64,000 bases of DNA from Clostridia bacterium (GCA_017399265.1 JAFQDL010000009.1:42052-106051); one strand, 5' to 3'. Positions 20,992 through 32,612 are shown, counted from the stretch's first letter. Notes: generated by a model not told the origin, from the letters alone. Translations and numbers: made by a program.

Positions 20992-21698
20992 TGCATCACA
21001 ATTTAACATTTAATAGAGTCCTTGGGCTGAAATTTTTACACGATCACTTCCCATATTACTTTTCTCCTAATAGAATCCAATTATACTTTGCCCATTCCAA
21101 AAAAGAACTACTAGAATTAAATATTGTAGATAATTTTGATACACTATTATTAAAACGAAGCGGAAACAATAAAACAGGCTTCTATAGTGATATTAGATGC
21201 AAAGACAATCGGTTTTTTAGAAATATAGAAGAATTAAAATGTGGAATTGGCCAGTTCAAAGATATGTTTGATTTCTGTATAGAATGTCACAAATTTAGAA
21301 ACGGAGAAAATTATTATAGCGACCGCCTTGCAATTGCACAATTTAGCACAGAAAATATATATGATCAATATGACACAATCAGTTTTATACCCTCTTTAAA
21401 ACCAGGAATATCAACAAGAGACAATCTGCCTTATCTAATGATTGATTATCCATACAATTCAGAAAGCCTTCCCCATATCAAGAAGCTAAACAACAAAGCA
21501 ATTAAAGAGAACCATTTTAGCGACGTTGATATCTCGTATCTAGCTAAAACAATTCACAGAATGATAGATAATATTCGTAATTATTTGTTAGATCTAAATA
21601 TCAGAAATTCATTTCAACTAATAATAAGAATTGACTCTTATCTTAACATTCTTCCAATAGATTTTAGAACGCCTGAAGCATGGTCAACACTAAAATAA
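20991..21698 (+). CDS. Hypothetical protein in the nucleotide-metabolism operon
   Basis: ATG overlaps the previous stop (TGATG), with RBS AAGGAGAG. No recognised motif. Confidence 0.55.
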   Translation: MHHNLTFNRVLGLKFLHDHFPYYFSPNRIQLYFAHSKKELLELNIVDNFDTLLLKRSGNNKTGFYSDIRCKDNRFFRNIEELKCGIGQFKDMFDFCIECHKFRNGENYYSDRLAIAQFSTENIYDQYDTISFIPSLKPGISTRDNLPYLMIDYPYNSESLPHIKKLNNKAIKENHFSDVDISYLAKTIHRMIDNIRNYLLDLNIRNSFQLIIRIDSYLNILPIDFRTPEAWSTLK

Positions 21699-21710
21699 AG
21701 GAATAATAGT

Positions 21711-22232
21711 ATGATATTAACCAAACAAGAAATATTAAGGCAAGTATCTAAAAGAAATATTACCATCTCCCCCTTTGATACAAACCTACTCAATCCCAAC
21801 AGCTACAACTATCGTTTGGATTACGAACTATTAGAATTTGATATCCCGTTAGATTGCAAAAAGAAAAGCATGCCCAAAAAAATCACTCTAACCGACGATG
21901 GCTACATCTTACAACCCAATAAGTTATATCTGGCCAACACCTATGAAAGCATTGGCAGTACTAAATTTGTAACACAATTAATCGGCAGAAGTTCTGTCGG
22001 GCGTCTTGGATTGTTTTTGCAAATTACAGCTCCACTAGGTCACGTAGGCACTAATCATAATTGGACTTTAGAATTAAAGGTCGTTCAACCTGTAAAAATT
22101 TATCCATTAATGAAAATAGGACAAGTCACTTTTTGGAAAATTAAGGGCAGAAAAAATAATAATTATATCAACGGCGAGTATAAAAAATATTCCAAAGCAC
22201 AAATTAGCAAATTATATAAGGAGTTATCATGA
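21711..22232 (+). CDS. dCTP deaminase/dUTPase-superfamily protein, paralog 1
   Basis: 173 aa. Dcd-type N-terminus (ILTKQEIL...ITISPF...NPNSYNYRL) and GRSSVGRLGLF. Retains the TLEL Glu but lacks the IDPGW-like segment. Confidence 0.8.
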   Translation: MILTKQEILRQVSKRNITISPFDTNLLNPNSYNYRLDYELLEFDIPLDCKKKSMPKKITLTDDGYILQPNKLYLANTYESIGSTKFVTQLIGRSSVGRLGLFLQITAPLGHVGTNHNWTLELKVVQPVKIYPLMKIGQVTFWKIKGRKNNNYINGEYKKYSKAQISKLYKELS

Positions 22233-22747
22233 TTCTTACCGGAACAGAAATATTTAAACAAGTACAAAAAAACAAAATAACAATTTCACCCTTTTGCAAG
22301 AAGAATGTTAATCCCAATAGTTATAATGTAGAATTGGGAGATTATTTAAAAGTTTATGAAGAAGAAATCCTTGATAGCAAAAAAAAATTAAAAACTATTA
22401 CCATTCCAATACCAGACGAAGGATTGGTACTACAACCAAACAAAATCTATCTAGGATACACTAAAGAAGTCATAGGTAGTAATCACTTTGTCCCAACACT
22501 CACAGGAAGAAGTTCTACCGGAAGATTAGGCTTGTTTGTCCAAATAACTGCAGACCTAGTAGATATAGGCTTCAAAGGCAACCTCACCTTTCAGTTACAC
22601 GCCGTTCAACCCCTGAGAATATACAAGGGAATGAAAATAGGTCAAATTATGTTTTGGAAAACCAAAGGAAAAATAAAATTATATAATGGCAAATATCAAA
22701 ACAGTGTTGGACCAAGAGAAAGCCAAGTCTGGAGAGATTTTAAATAA
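22229..22747 (+). CDS. dCTP deaminase/dUTPase-superfamily protein, paralog 2 (catalytic Glu position is Gln)
   Basis: 172 aa. GRSSTGRLGLF and VDIGFKG (IDPGW.G-like), but TFQL where Dcd has (T/V)LE(F/L). 4-nt overlap with paralog 1. Confidence 0.8.
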   Translation: MILTGTEIFKQVQKNKITISPFCKKNVNPNSYNVELGDYLKVYEEEILDSKKKLKTITIPIPDEGLVLQPNKIYLGYTKEVIGSNHFVPTLTGRSSTGRLGLFVQITADLVDIGFKGNLTFQLHAVQPLRIYKGMKIGQIMFWKTKGKIKLYNGKYQNSVGPRESQVWRDFK

Positions 22748-22781
22748 AAAAAGTGATAGACTTTTACCTATCACTTGATCA

Positions 22782-23468
22782 TCAATCAGCTCCACCTTGG
22801 TGTTGTGTAGACTTCTCTATCTTAAAACTAATAGTACCATTATAATTTGCATCGTTAGAAATGTTATCTATCTTAATACTATATTTAATAAGCCTACTAT
22901 TATTTGCAGGTAAACCTATCGCTCCTCCGTTAGCATATCCACTAATAATAACATTATCATCATCTTCTGGCTCATCATAATTAGGAGAAACAGTAATTGT
23001 AAATCCTGACTTATTTATGATCTCAAAATAATATATAACCGTAGAAGAAGTTGTAGAGCCGTCTGCAGCCGCAACTGGCCTTAATGTAACTGGAGCAAAA
23101 GATCGATGCTTAAACAACCACGATTTATTACTATTTATTTCAATACCATCACTATCATATGCTCTTATCTCATCAGTGGCCGAGTTTATATAACCATCGC
23201 CATCAGAGACTTGAACAATTTCCATTTTTGTAGAATCGATATTATTTAAATCTATAGTTTTGCTCTCGGCACTTTCAACATCAGCTATATGATGAATTGC
23301 ATATGCAGTAATATCGCATTCTACATTATCTGCGGTATATGTTACAGACACAGAATTTGTCATTTGTACCTGTTGCGCAACAAGAACTAGGCCAACTGCT
23401 AATCCTGCAATAACTAATACCAATACAGCAGCCATTACAGCCACAATTATTTTATATTTTTTTGTCAT
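22782..23468 (-). CDS. Membrane-anchored extracytoplasmic protein, unknown function
   Basis: N-terminal TM/signal anchor (IIVAVMAAVLVLVIAGLAVGLVLV). Upstream TTGACA promoter near 23521. Confidence 0.55.
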   Translation of the reverse strand: MTKKYKIIVAVMAAVLVLVIAGLAVGLVLVAQQVQMTNSVSVTYTADNVECDITAYAIHHIADVESAESKTIDLNNIDSTKMEIVQVSDGDGYINSATDEIRAYDSDGIEINSNKSWLFKHRSFAPVTLRPVAAADGSTTSSTVIYYFEIINKSGFTITVSPNYDEPEDDDNVIISGYANGGAIGLPANNSRLIKYSIKIDNISNDANYNGTISFKIEKSTQHQGGAD

Positions 23469-23646
23469 AATACTTCACCCATTTTATCTTTTAGAGTAGT
23501 ATACAACCACCCCTATATACTTTGTCAATAAAAACAATATATGTCTTTAAAATCAATATGGAAAAGTCATAAAAAATCAAAATTTTAAAATGATATTAGT
23601 TTAAAACTACTTTAATTAAAAAAACACCCCAAAGGAGTGTCTGATT

Positions 23647-23950
23647 AAGTGCTCTCGAAAGCATTCGGCCGTAGGTGTCGGGCAAGGTTCCCGACTACAC
23701 CTGGACTCTGTCCATGGGTTCGCGACGATGGTAATCGTCTATGTGTGTAACACATCAAGACCTGAGAGTAAAAAAAGTCGCACAAATTGCGACTTGTTTG
23801 GTGGTCTCTCAGGGATTCGGCCGCAGGTGTCGGGCAGGGGTCCCGACTACACCTGGACTCTGTCCACGGGTTCGTGACGATGGCAATCGTCTATGTGTGC
23901 AACACACTAAGACCTGAGAGTAAAAAAAGTCGCACAAATTACGACTTGTT
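23647..23950 (-). repeat. 2 x 152-bp tandem units downstream of tRNA-Lys. Each has a terminator hairpin, about 100 nt of GC-rich multi-hairpin sequence and a copy of tRNA nt C56-CCA.
   Basis: Proximal unit 23799-23950 begins on the plus strand with tggtggtctctcagggattcg, identical to the tRNA 3' end at 23951-23971. Distal unit 23647-23798 is roughly 90% identical, with a decayed tRNA fragment. Confidence 0.95.
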
Positions 23951-24026
23951 TGGTGGTCTCTCAGGGATTCGAACCCTGGACCCACTGATTAAGAGTCAGT
24001 TGCTCTACCAACTGAGCTAAGAGACC
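23951..24026 (-). tRNA. tRNA-Lys (anticodon CUU), CCA encoded
   Basis: Reverse complement GGTCTCTTAGCTCAGTTGGTAGAGCAACTGACTCTTAATCAGTGGGTCCAGGGTTCGAATCCCTGAGAGACCACCA folds as a canonical 76-nt cloverleaf. Confidence 0.92.
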
Positions 24027-24048
24027 ATATACTAACTTAACGCAAATT

Positions 24049-24077
24049 AGTATATACCAAAATATTCCATTTGTCAA
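24049..24077 (-). promoter_or_regulatory. Sigma-70-type promoter of tRNA-Lys
   Basis: Minus strand TTGACA (24072-24077), 17 nt spacer, TATACT (24049-24054), about 22 nt upstream of tRNA nt 1. Confidence 0.75.
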
Positions 24078-24128
24078 CGGTTTATTTTACAAAATCTTAT
24101 TATATTTTTTAAAAAATATTTTTTGCAA

Positions 24129-24437
24129 TTAAATTCTCATGTTTTTCATTATTGCCAAAATCAATTCATAGTTATCATCTTCAGCACATTTGTTACGTTT
24201 TAATTCTCCACATCTAGTGCATTTATGCAATATCACATAACCTTTGTTAGAATTATATTCTATCTGTGTGGGAGCCATCAACCCTTTGCACTCATTTGCC
24301 CTGTCTCCCGGATCAATATCCACATGTAGACTATATAAGCACTTTGGACAATGATTTCTACTAGTATATCCTAGTGGTTCTACATTCTCGCCGCAATGTC
24401 CGCAAACAAATCCACTATCCTTTTTTCGAAAAGTCAT
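24129..24437 (-). CDS. RNHCP domain-containing zinc-ribbon protein
   Basis: 102 aa containing the literal RNHCPKC motif plus CGHCG and CTRCG pairs. Confidence 0.7.
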   Translation of the reverse strand: MTFRKKDSGFVCGHCGENVEPLGYTSRNHCPKCLYSLHVDIDPGDRANECKGLMAPTQIEYNSNKGYVILHKCTRCGELKRNKCAEDDNYELILAIMKNMRI

Positions 24438-25182
24438 AAGTAAACCTCTCTTCTATTTGCATTTCATTAAAATTCTTCACCATATTTATTATTTTATCCA
24501 TATGCCCACGCTCTTTAAAACTAAAAATATCATCTCTTGTAAAGATTAAGTGATCTTTTAGTTGAACACCTTGAAGGCTTAAAGCCATGTATAAAACTTT
24601 AGTTATTCTTAAATCATCTTTGCTTGGATTAAAATATTGCGTTGGGTGGTTGTGTGCAATTAATACACTTCTAGCTTTATGTTTTCTAACCAAATCTGCA
24701 ACTTTGTCTACATTGACCTCAATCTCTGTTTCAGTACCATTATCTAACAATTCATAATTTATCATTTCATCTTTAGCATCTAGAAATACTATGGCAAATA
24801 CTTCTGTAGGTTGTCTATCTAGCAATGGTTTTATTACCGTTACAGCATCGGCAGGGCCATTAACTCTTATATTTTTCTTAGCTCTATAATTTTGATAATA
24901 ATCTACCATATCTTTAAATGTAGCAATGAATGTTGCAGAAACCTCACCAAGCCCAGGAATATCTAACAAATCGTCATATGAGGCACGAAAAACCTTATCA
25001 AGATCTCCGAATTCTTGAATTAAAATATGTGCTAATGGATTAGTGTCTTTTCTAGCAACAGAAAAAGATAGCAAGTATTCCAAAAATTGATGAGGCTCAA
25101 AATTCTTTACACCTTCTTTCCTTGCTCTTTCTCTTATTCTTAATCTGTGACCTTTGTGAATATTCTTATATTTCTCGTTCAT
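24415..25182 (-). CDS. radC: RadC-like JAB/MPN domain protein
   Basis: 255 aa. HhH-like N-terminus (LLDIPGLGEVSA) and JAMM motif AHNHPTQYFNPSKDD. Confidence 0.85.
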   Translation of the reverse strand: MNEKYKNIHKGHRLRIRERARKEGVKNFEPHQFLEYLLSFSVARKDTNPLAHILIQEFGDLDKVFRASYDDLLDIPGLGEVSATFIATFKDMVDYYQNYRAKKNIRVNGPADAVTVIKPLLDRQPTEVFAIVFLDAKDEMINYELLDNGTETEIEVNVDKVADLVRKHKARSVLIAHNHPTQYFNPSKDDLRITKVLYMALSLQGVQLKDHLIFTRDDIFSFKERGHMDKIINMVKNFNEMQIEERFTYDFSKKG

Positions 25183-25358
25183 GATTGGCTTATTATAACA
25201 AATATTTTGAAATATTAAAATACTTTTTTACATTTTTCGATAAATGTAATAAATTTTATACTTGTAACATACATTAAAACTGTGATACATAATTGTTATT
25301 GACATTAATACCAAAATAGTGTATCCTAAGTTAAGTTAAAATACTTAGGAGAGTTTTT

Positions 25359-26621
25359 ATGACAACAAATCATTTAATTAATCACCTGCGAAAATTAGGT
25401 TTTAATGGAGATTTAACAGAAATAGAAAAAATGTATGCAGGCAAACCTTTTAACAGACAAGATCCAGAGTATCAAAATTTATTAAAATATTCCAATCAAT
25501 TATGTTCTGAATATTCTGAATTAAATTCTATTCCTTATAGAAGTGCGAGTCCGTCTGTACAAAAAATGATTGACAGAAAACGTAATGATATCTTAGACAA
25601 GTTGTTTCCAGGGCATGGCTTAATTATTGGGGTTGGAGATAATATTTCTGCCGTTGTTGGGATGGTCAATTTAAAAGGTATTACATATATTAATCACAAT
25701 GTAACTTTTAGCCCAGATACTTTAGTTGAAAGTGGTGACTTTTGCTTGTTTGCTCCTAATGTATGTATAGGTAATCGTGTAGAAAATTCTCAAGCTGCAG
25801 GTCGAGTAACGATTGGTGATGATGTTTGGATTTGTGCAGATGTGTCTGTAGGTAATAATACAATTATTTCCTCACAATCGGTCATTGGATTAGGCTCTAA
25901 AGTATTAAATGATACTACTATAGATTCCAATTCATTATATGTGGGAGTTCCTGCACAAAAAGTATTAAACTTAACTCCAGATTATCAAACACAAACAGGT
26001 CAAAAGCAACGAAGTCAAGAAGAAATAGATTATTTGATTAACCATTTAAAGATGTTAGGGTTTGATGGGGATTTTACTGAGTATATCAAAATGTTAAATG
26101 GTGAAAAATATAACAGTATTCAATCTGTCATTTCACAAATCAGTGATTTCACTCATAATTTGTGTGCAGAGTATAATAATTCAAAAACTCCTATTGAGAG
26201 AAAAAAGGAAATTGTAAATATATTATTTCCATACAAAGGAAAGAATTGTAAATTCGGAGATAAATTATTTGTTGACGTTATCGGTTCAGTTTCTCTGGGC
26301 GACAATGTAATTATAGGTGACGGGGTGAGTTTAGCTGGTAATGTTAGATTAGGTAACAATGTTGTCGTTGGAGACGGCTCAACGTTATTTGCTACAGGGC
26401 ATGAAGTGGCTGCACAAGGTAGACGACTAGGAAAAACTAGTACTGGAGAACTGGAAGAAATAAACACTACAGGATATATTGAAGTAGAAGATGGAGTTAA
26501 AATAGGCAATAACGTTAAAATTGTACCGAATGTTAGAATTAATTCAAACATACCATCAAACAATATATATACAAAGCATGGAAGTCTTATATCTATTAAA
26601 GATGAAAATATAATGCAATAA
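25359..26621 (+). CDS. Tandem-duplicated sugar O-acetyltransferase (two Mac-N + hexapeptide LbH modules in one chain)
   Basis: 420 aa. Residues about 1-210 and 211-420 repeat the same pattern (HLRKLGFNGDLTE... / HLKMLGFDGDFTE..., then IGD/VGD hexapeptide repeats). Confidence 0.75.
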   Translation: MTTNHLINHLRKLGFNGDLTEIEKMYAGKPFNRQDPEYQNLLKYSNQLCSEYSELNSIPYRSASPSVQKMIDRKRNDILDKLFPGHGLIIGVGDNISAVVGMVNLKGITYINHNVTFSPDTLVESGDFCLFAPNVCIGNRVENSQAAGRVTIGDDVWICADVSVGNNTIISSQSVIGLGSKVLNDTTIDSNSLYVGVPAQKVLNLTPDYQTQTGQKQRSQEEIDYLINHLKMLGFDGDFTEYIKMLNGEKYNSIQSVISQISDFTHNLCAEYNNSKTPIERKKEIVNILFPYKGKNCKFGDKLFVDVIGSVSLGDNVIIGDGVSLAGNVRLGNNVVVGDGSTLFATGHEVAAQGRRLGKTSTGELEEINTTGYIEVEDGVKIGNNVKIVPNVRINSNIPSNNIYTKHGSLISIKDENIMQ

Positions 26622-26829
26622 TAAATTTTCACTTACAACTTCATAATTATTGTTGTAATAAACATCTGTAAATTCTTCCACTAGCATAGTATATCTCTTT
26701 ATTAAAAGCTATTTTATTTGAATAAACTTTCCTTCTAAGTTTGAACAAGATTAAGTCATTATTAAATAAAATAAAAAAAACTAAACCGATAATTCGATTT
26801 AGTTTTTTTTTATTCAGTTTCTACAGCAT

Positions 26830-29346
26830 TTACTCAGAGCATTCTTCAAAAGATCCCTCACCTGATTCAGACACTTCTTCTTCCTTCACAGTAGGAACAA
26901 CAGCAATTGCCACGATCTTGAATCCATCTTTGACTTTCATAAGTCTTACACCTTTAGTATTTCTACCTATTGTGTTTATCTCTGTTGCATTAAGTCTAAT
27001 TATTTGACCATCGTCACAAATTAACATCAAATCATCTTCGTCAGTTATTTGTTTTAAGCTTACAAGGCCACCAGTTTGCTCATTGAATACACCAGCCATT
27101 ACACCTGAGCCATATCTTCCTTGAGTTCTATAATCTTCTTGTCTGCTACGTTTTCCATAACCTTTTTCACTGACAGTTATAATATCATGACCTTCTTTTA
27201 CTAGAACAATATCAACTAAGTGTTCATTATCTCTTAATTTCATACCACGAACACCTATCGCATCTCTACCAACCAGTCTAATATCCGATTCTTTAAATCT
27301 TATACATTTACCATCGCTACTTGCTAAGATTATCTCGTCATTATCATTTGTAATGTATGCACCAATCAATGAATCTTCTTCACTTAATCTTATTGCTATC
27401 TTGCCACCTTTTCTGATACTTTCGAATTCAGCAAGTCTAGTCTTTTTGATAAGTCCAAGTTTTGTACAAAGTAGAAGGTTTCCTTGTTCTCTTTCTTCCT
27501 CTTTGATAGGGATAATAGTTGTTACTCTTTCGCCCGGATCAAGTTGTAAAATATTTACAATAGCTCTTCCTTTAGATTGTTTTTGAGCCTCTGGCACTTC
27601 AAAAGCCTTAATTGTATATACTTTACCTTTATCACTAAAGCAGAATAAATCATCGTGTGTATTTGTAACAAAAATGTTGTCTACAAAATCTTCCTCTTTA
27701 GTCTTGTGTCCACTTACACCCATGCCACCTCTATGCTGACTCTTGTATTCTGCAATAGGCATCCTCTTAATATATCCAGCATGTGTTAAAGTAATAGCAA
27801 CATCTTCTTTCTCGATAAGATCGGCAATATCAATATCACCATAATCAAAACTGATTTCAGATTTTCTAGGCACTGCATATTTTGACTTAATGTTAAGAAG
27901 ATTGTCTCTAATAATAGCAAGAACTTTCTCATCACTCTCTAGAATACTTCTCAATTCTTTAATTAATTCTTGAACTTCTTGAAGATCAGTTTTTAATTTT
28001 TCTACTTCAAGACCAGTCAATTTTTGCAATCTCATATCTAGAATTGCTTGTGCTTGTTTTTCAGACAATTCAAATAGTTTTGTCAATCTCTCAATAGCAT
28101 CTTGCTTATCTTCGGAAATTTTGATTTGTCTAATTACTTCGTCAATGTTTGCTTGAGCAATAACAAGACCTGCCAAAATATGCTCTTTTTGTTCTGCTTT
28201 TTCCAAATCAAATTTAGTTTCTCTAATCACTATATCTTTTTGGAAATCTAAGAAATGTTTAACAATCTCAAGCAAGTTACATACTTTTGGTGCCCCATTA
28301 ACAAGTGCAAGCATAATAATTCCGAAACTAATTTGTAGTTGTGTTTGCTTATATAGAGAATTAAGAACTACTTGCGCATTCGCATCTCTCTTTATCTCGA
28401 TTACAATACGCATTCCTTCTCTATCACTTTCTTCCTTTATATCAGAGATTCCTTCAATTCTCTTCGATTTTACCATATCAGCAATTTGCATAATAAGTTT
28501 TGCTTTATTTACTTGATATGGGATCTCTGTAATAATAATTCTGCTACGAGTACCATTATTATATTCCTCAATTTCTGCTCTTGCTCTGATATAGAATGTG
28601 CCTTTACCAGTTCTATAAGCATCTTTGATACCTTTCATGCCCAAGATATATCCTCTAGTTGGAAAATCTGGTGCAGGAATATATTTCATCAATTCTTCAA
28701 TGTCTAATTCAGAGTTTTCAATTAATGCTACAACCCCGTCAATTACCTCTCCTAAGTTGTGAGGAGGTATATTTGTTGCCATACCTACCGCTATACCATC
28801 AGATCCATTTACCAAAAGGTTTGGGAATCTAGCAGGAAGAACAACCGGTTGTTGTAATGTGTCATCAAAGTTAGGATAGAAATCTACTGTTTCTTTGTCT
28901 ATGGTACTAAGCATTTCGTTAGAAATCTTAGAAAGTCTTGCCTCAGTATAACGCATTGCAGCAGCACTATCACCGTCCACTGAACCAAAGTTTCCATGAC
29001 CTTCTACAAGTGGTGCATTGATTGTGAAGTCTTGAGCAAGTCTTACTAATGCATCATAGATTGCAGAGTCGCCGTGAGGGTGGTATTTACCCATAACATC
29101 ACCGACAATACGCGCACATTTCTTGAATGGTTTATCATTAAATAGGTTCAATTCTCCACCCATTGTGTAAAGAATTCTTCTATGTACCGGTTTCAAACCA
29201 TCACGAACATCTGGAATTGCACGAGAAACGTTTACCGCCATAGCATAAGCGATAAATGATTTTTCCAATTCGTCTTTTACTTTTACTTCTAATATTTTAT
29301 TGGAATTGCTTTTTTCAATAATTTGATCTATTTCGTTCTTATCCAT
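26830..29346 (-). CDS. gyrA: DNA gyrase subunit A
   Basis: 838 aa. AMRYTE active-site Tyr context, GKYHPHGD, and C-terminal beta-pinwheel repeats. Confidence 0.97.
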   Translation of the reverse strand: MDKNEIDQIIEKSNSNKILEVKVKDELEKSFIAYAMAVNVSRAIPDVRDGLKPVHRRILYTMGGELNLFNDKPFKKCARIVGDVMGKYHPHGDSAIYDALVRLAQDFTINAPLVEGHGNFGSVDGDSAAAMRYTEARLSKISNEMLSTIDKETVDFYPNFDDTLQQPVVLPARFPNLLVNGSDGIAVGMATNIPPHNLGEVIDGVVALIENSELDIEELMKYIPAPDFPTRGYILGMKGIKDAYRTGKGTFYIRARAEIEEYNNGTRSRIIITEIPYQVNKAKLIMQIADMVKSKRIEGISDIKEESDREGMRIVIEIKRDANAQVVLNSLYKQTQLQISFGIIMLALVNGAPKVCNLLEIVKHFLDFQKDIVIRETKFDLEKAEQKEHILAGLVIAQANIDEVIRQIKISEDKQDAIERLTKLFELSEKQAQAILDMRLQKLTGLEVEKLKTDLQEVQELIKELRSILESDEKVLAIIRDNLLNIKSKYAVPRKSEISFDYGDIDIADLIEKEDVAITLTHAGYIKRMPIAEYKSQHRGGMGVSGHKTKEEDFVDNIFVTNTHDDLFCFSDKGKVYTIKAFEVPEAQKQSKGRAIVNILQLDPGERVTTIIPIKEEEREQGNLLLCTKLGLIKKTRLAEFESIRKGGKIAIRLSEEDSLIGAYITNDNDEIILASSDGKCIRFKESDIRLVGRDAIGVRGMKLRDNEHLVDIVLVKEGHDIITVSEKGYGKRSRQEDYRTQGRYGSGVMAGVFNEQTGGLVSLKQITDEDDLMLICDDGQIIRLNATEINTIGRNTKGVRLMKVKDGFKIVAIAVVPTVKEEEVSESGEGSFEECSE

Positions 29347-29362
29347 GATTCACCAAATTCCT

Positions 29363-31342
<1,980 letters not shown>

Positions 31343-31607
31343 TTATACCATATTTGCGGTTTTTAATGCCTAATTTCGCCGTATTGGTATAAATTAACCA
31401 AAACCCGAACAAATCCTTAGATTATATCAATTGCAGGAATTTGGTACCATTTTGCCCTTTTATTATACAACAAAAATTTCAAAACACCTAAAGATTTTTC
31501 AACATTTATTATATATTATTAATATAAATAGTAAACTGACTGCAGGTTTTTTCGACAAAAAAAAGACTATACACCTGTATAGCCTTCTATTCTTGTATTA
31601 TTTTCTT

Positions 31608-32612
31608 CTACGCCTCTTTATCAAAAATTTTATCTATCTGATTTCTCAATACTTGTCGTCCATCTTGAATTAAACTTTCTGGTAGTTCTACAGGAATATA
31701 TTTATCAGCATTTTTTAATAAAACGTTTCTTCTATTTATTAAATTAACAAATGACTCACCATTATCATTTACCCTATTAGCCATATCCACTGAGATAGTG
31801 TCAGCGAAATTTCTAACAAAAGAAGATAGTTCATCATTGCCTGCTTTTGCCATATTTATTAGCATATTATTGCCATCAGGATCTACAACTTCTCTTTGAT
31901 CAGGATAGTTAACAAATATTGATACTGGAGTTTCGCTTGCGCCTCCTTTATAACATCTAGCACAAATCAAACCCATAGTTTCTCCCTCAGGAGTTAATGC
32001 AGTTCTCAATTTTTCATTTTTGGCAGCTATAAAACAATTAGTAGCAAACCTACTATCTTTAGCCATATAATGCCCAATATTTGATCCAAATTCATCTTTT
32101 ATCTCGTGAATAACTGGACTTTCTAAAATTTTGGAAACTACTAAACTTCTTTGCTTATCAACCGCTTGATGAGGAAATGGATAAGCAGAACTATCAGTCA
32201 TTCGAATAGCAAAATCATCTTCAGCAATCTTAATTGCTAAATAATCAAAAGCGCAATTTATTGCATAATGACCAAAAGAAATCTTTTCACTAGATCTTCT
32301 ATCTTCTGAATAATTATCAAAAAGACAGTACTTTATCTCAGGATTTTCATCAACAATTTTGCAAAGTTTTTCTTCTAATAAACGCTTATATGTATCATTC
32401 ATTACGTCTTTTTCTCGTCTATATAAGTTTACATTGTAATCTAAACAACAAAGCGCATCGCTTCGATACCTTTCAGTGTTATCTATAATTTTACCTAATA
32501 ATTCAAAAACTTCTGCTCGTCTCTTTACACTTAGTCTATTTGGACCTTTATATTCCATCCCTCTTTTTGATTTATAATCGTTACATTTTTTGATATCACT
32601 TAAAAAACTCAT
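31608..32612 (-). CDS. Ankyrin-repeat-like protein, paralog 1 of 3
   Basis: Start moved to MSFLSD (RBS GGAGGGG). Paralogous to the next two genes. ANK-like helices (PFPHQAVDKQRSLVVSKIL, GETMGLICA, GNNMLINMAKAGN). Own TTGACA-17-TAAAAT promoter. Confidence 0.5.
   Translation of the reverse strand: MSFLSDIKKCNDYKSKRGMEYKGPNRLSVKRRAEVFELLGKIIDNTERYRSDALCCLDYNVNLYRREKDVMNDTYKRLLEEKLCKIVDENPEIKYCLFDNYSEDRRSSEKISFGHYAINCAFDYLAIKIAEDDFAIRMTDSSAYPFPHQAVDKQRSLVVSKILESPVIHEIKDEFGSNIGHYMAKDSRFATNCFIAAKNEKLRTALTPEGETMGLICARCYKGGASETPVSIFVNYPDQREVVDPDGNNMLINMAKAGNDELSSFVRNFADTISVDMANRVNDNGESFVNLINRRNVLLKNADKYIPVELPESLIQDGRQVLRNQIDKIFDKEA

Noticed and set aside
19165-23950. Interpretation of the region downstream of tRNA-Lys as a classical integrated genomic island bounded by att repeats
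   Set aside because: No integrase or excisionase is present. I could not find a further copy of the 21-nt tRNA-Lys 3' segment at the far side (about 18990-19165). Only the short 152-bp units carry the duplicated att-like core.
23787-24020. 77-aa plus-strand ORF across the tRNA-Lys repeat unit
   Set aside because: It lies antisense to tRNA-Lys and within the GC-rich repeat. The open frame is explained by the locally high GC content.
26153-26632. 159-aa antisense ORF inside the acetyltransferase gene, with similar shadow ORFs at 12379-12786, 38360-38809, 41141-41536, 43919-44353 and 56449-56766
   Set aside because: They lie wholly within and antisense to well-supported genes. They have Ser/Leu/Ile-rich low-complexity products and no independent signals.
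26741-27007. 88-aa plus-strand ORF overlapping the 3' end of gyrA
   Set aside because: It overlaps the confident gyrA coding sequence on the opposite strand and begins inside a bidirectional terminator. No support.
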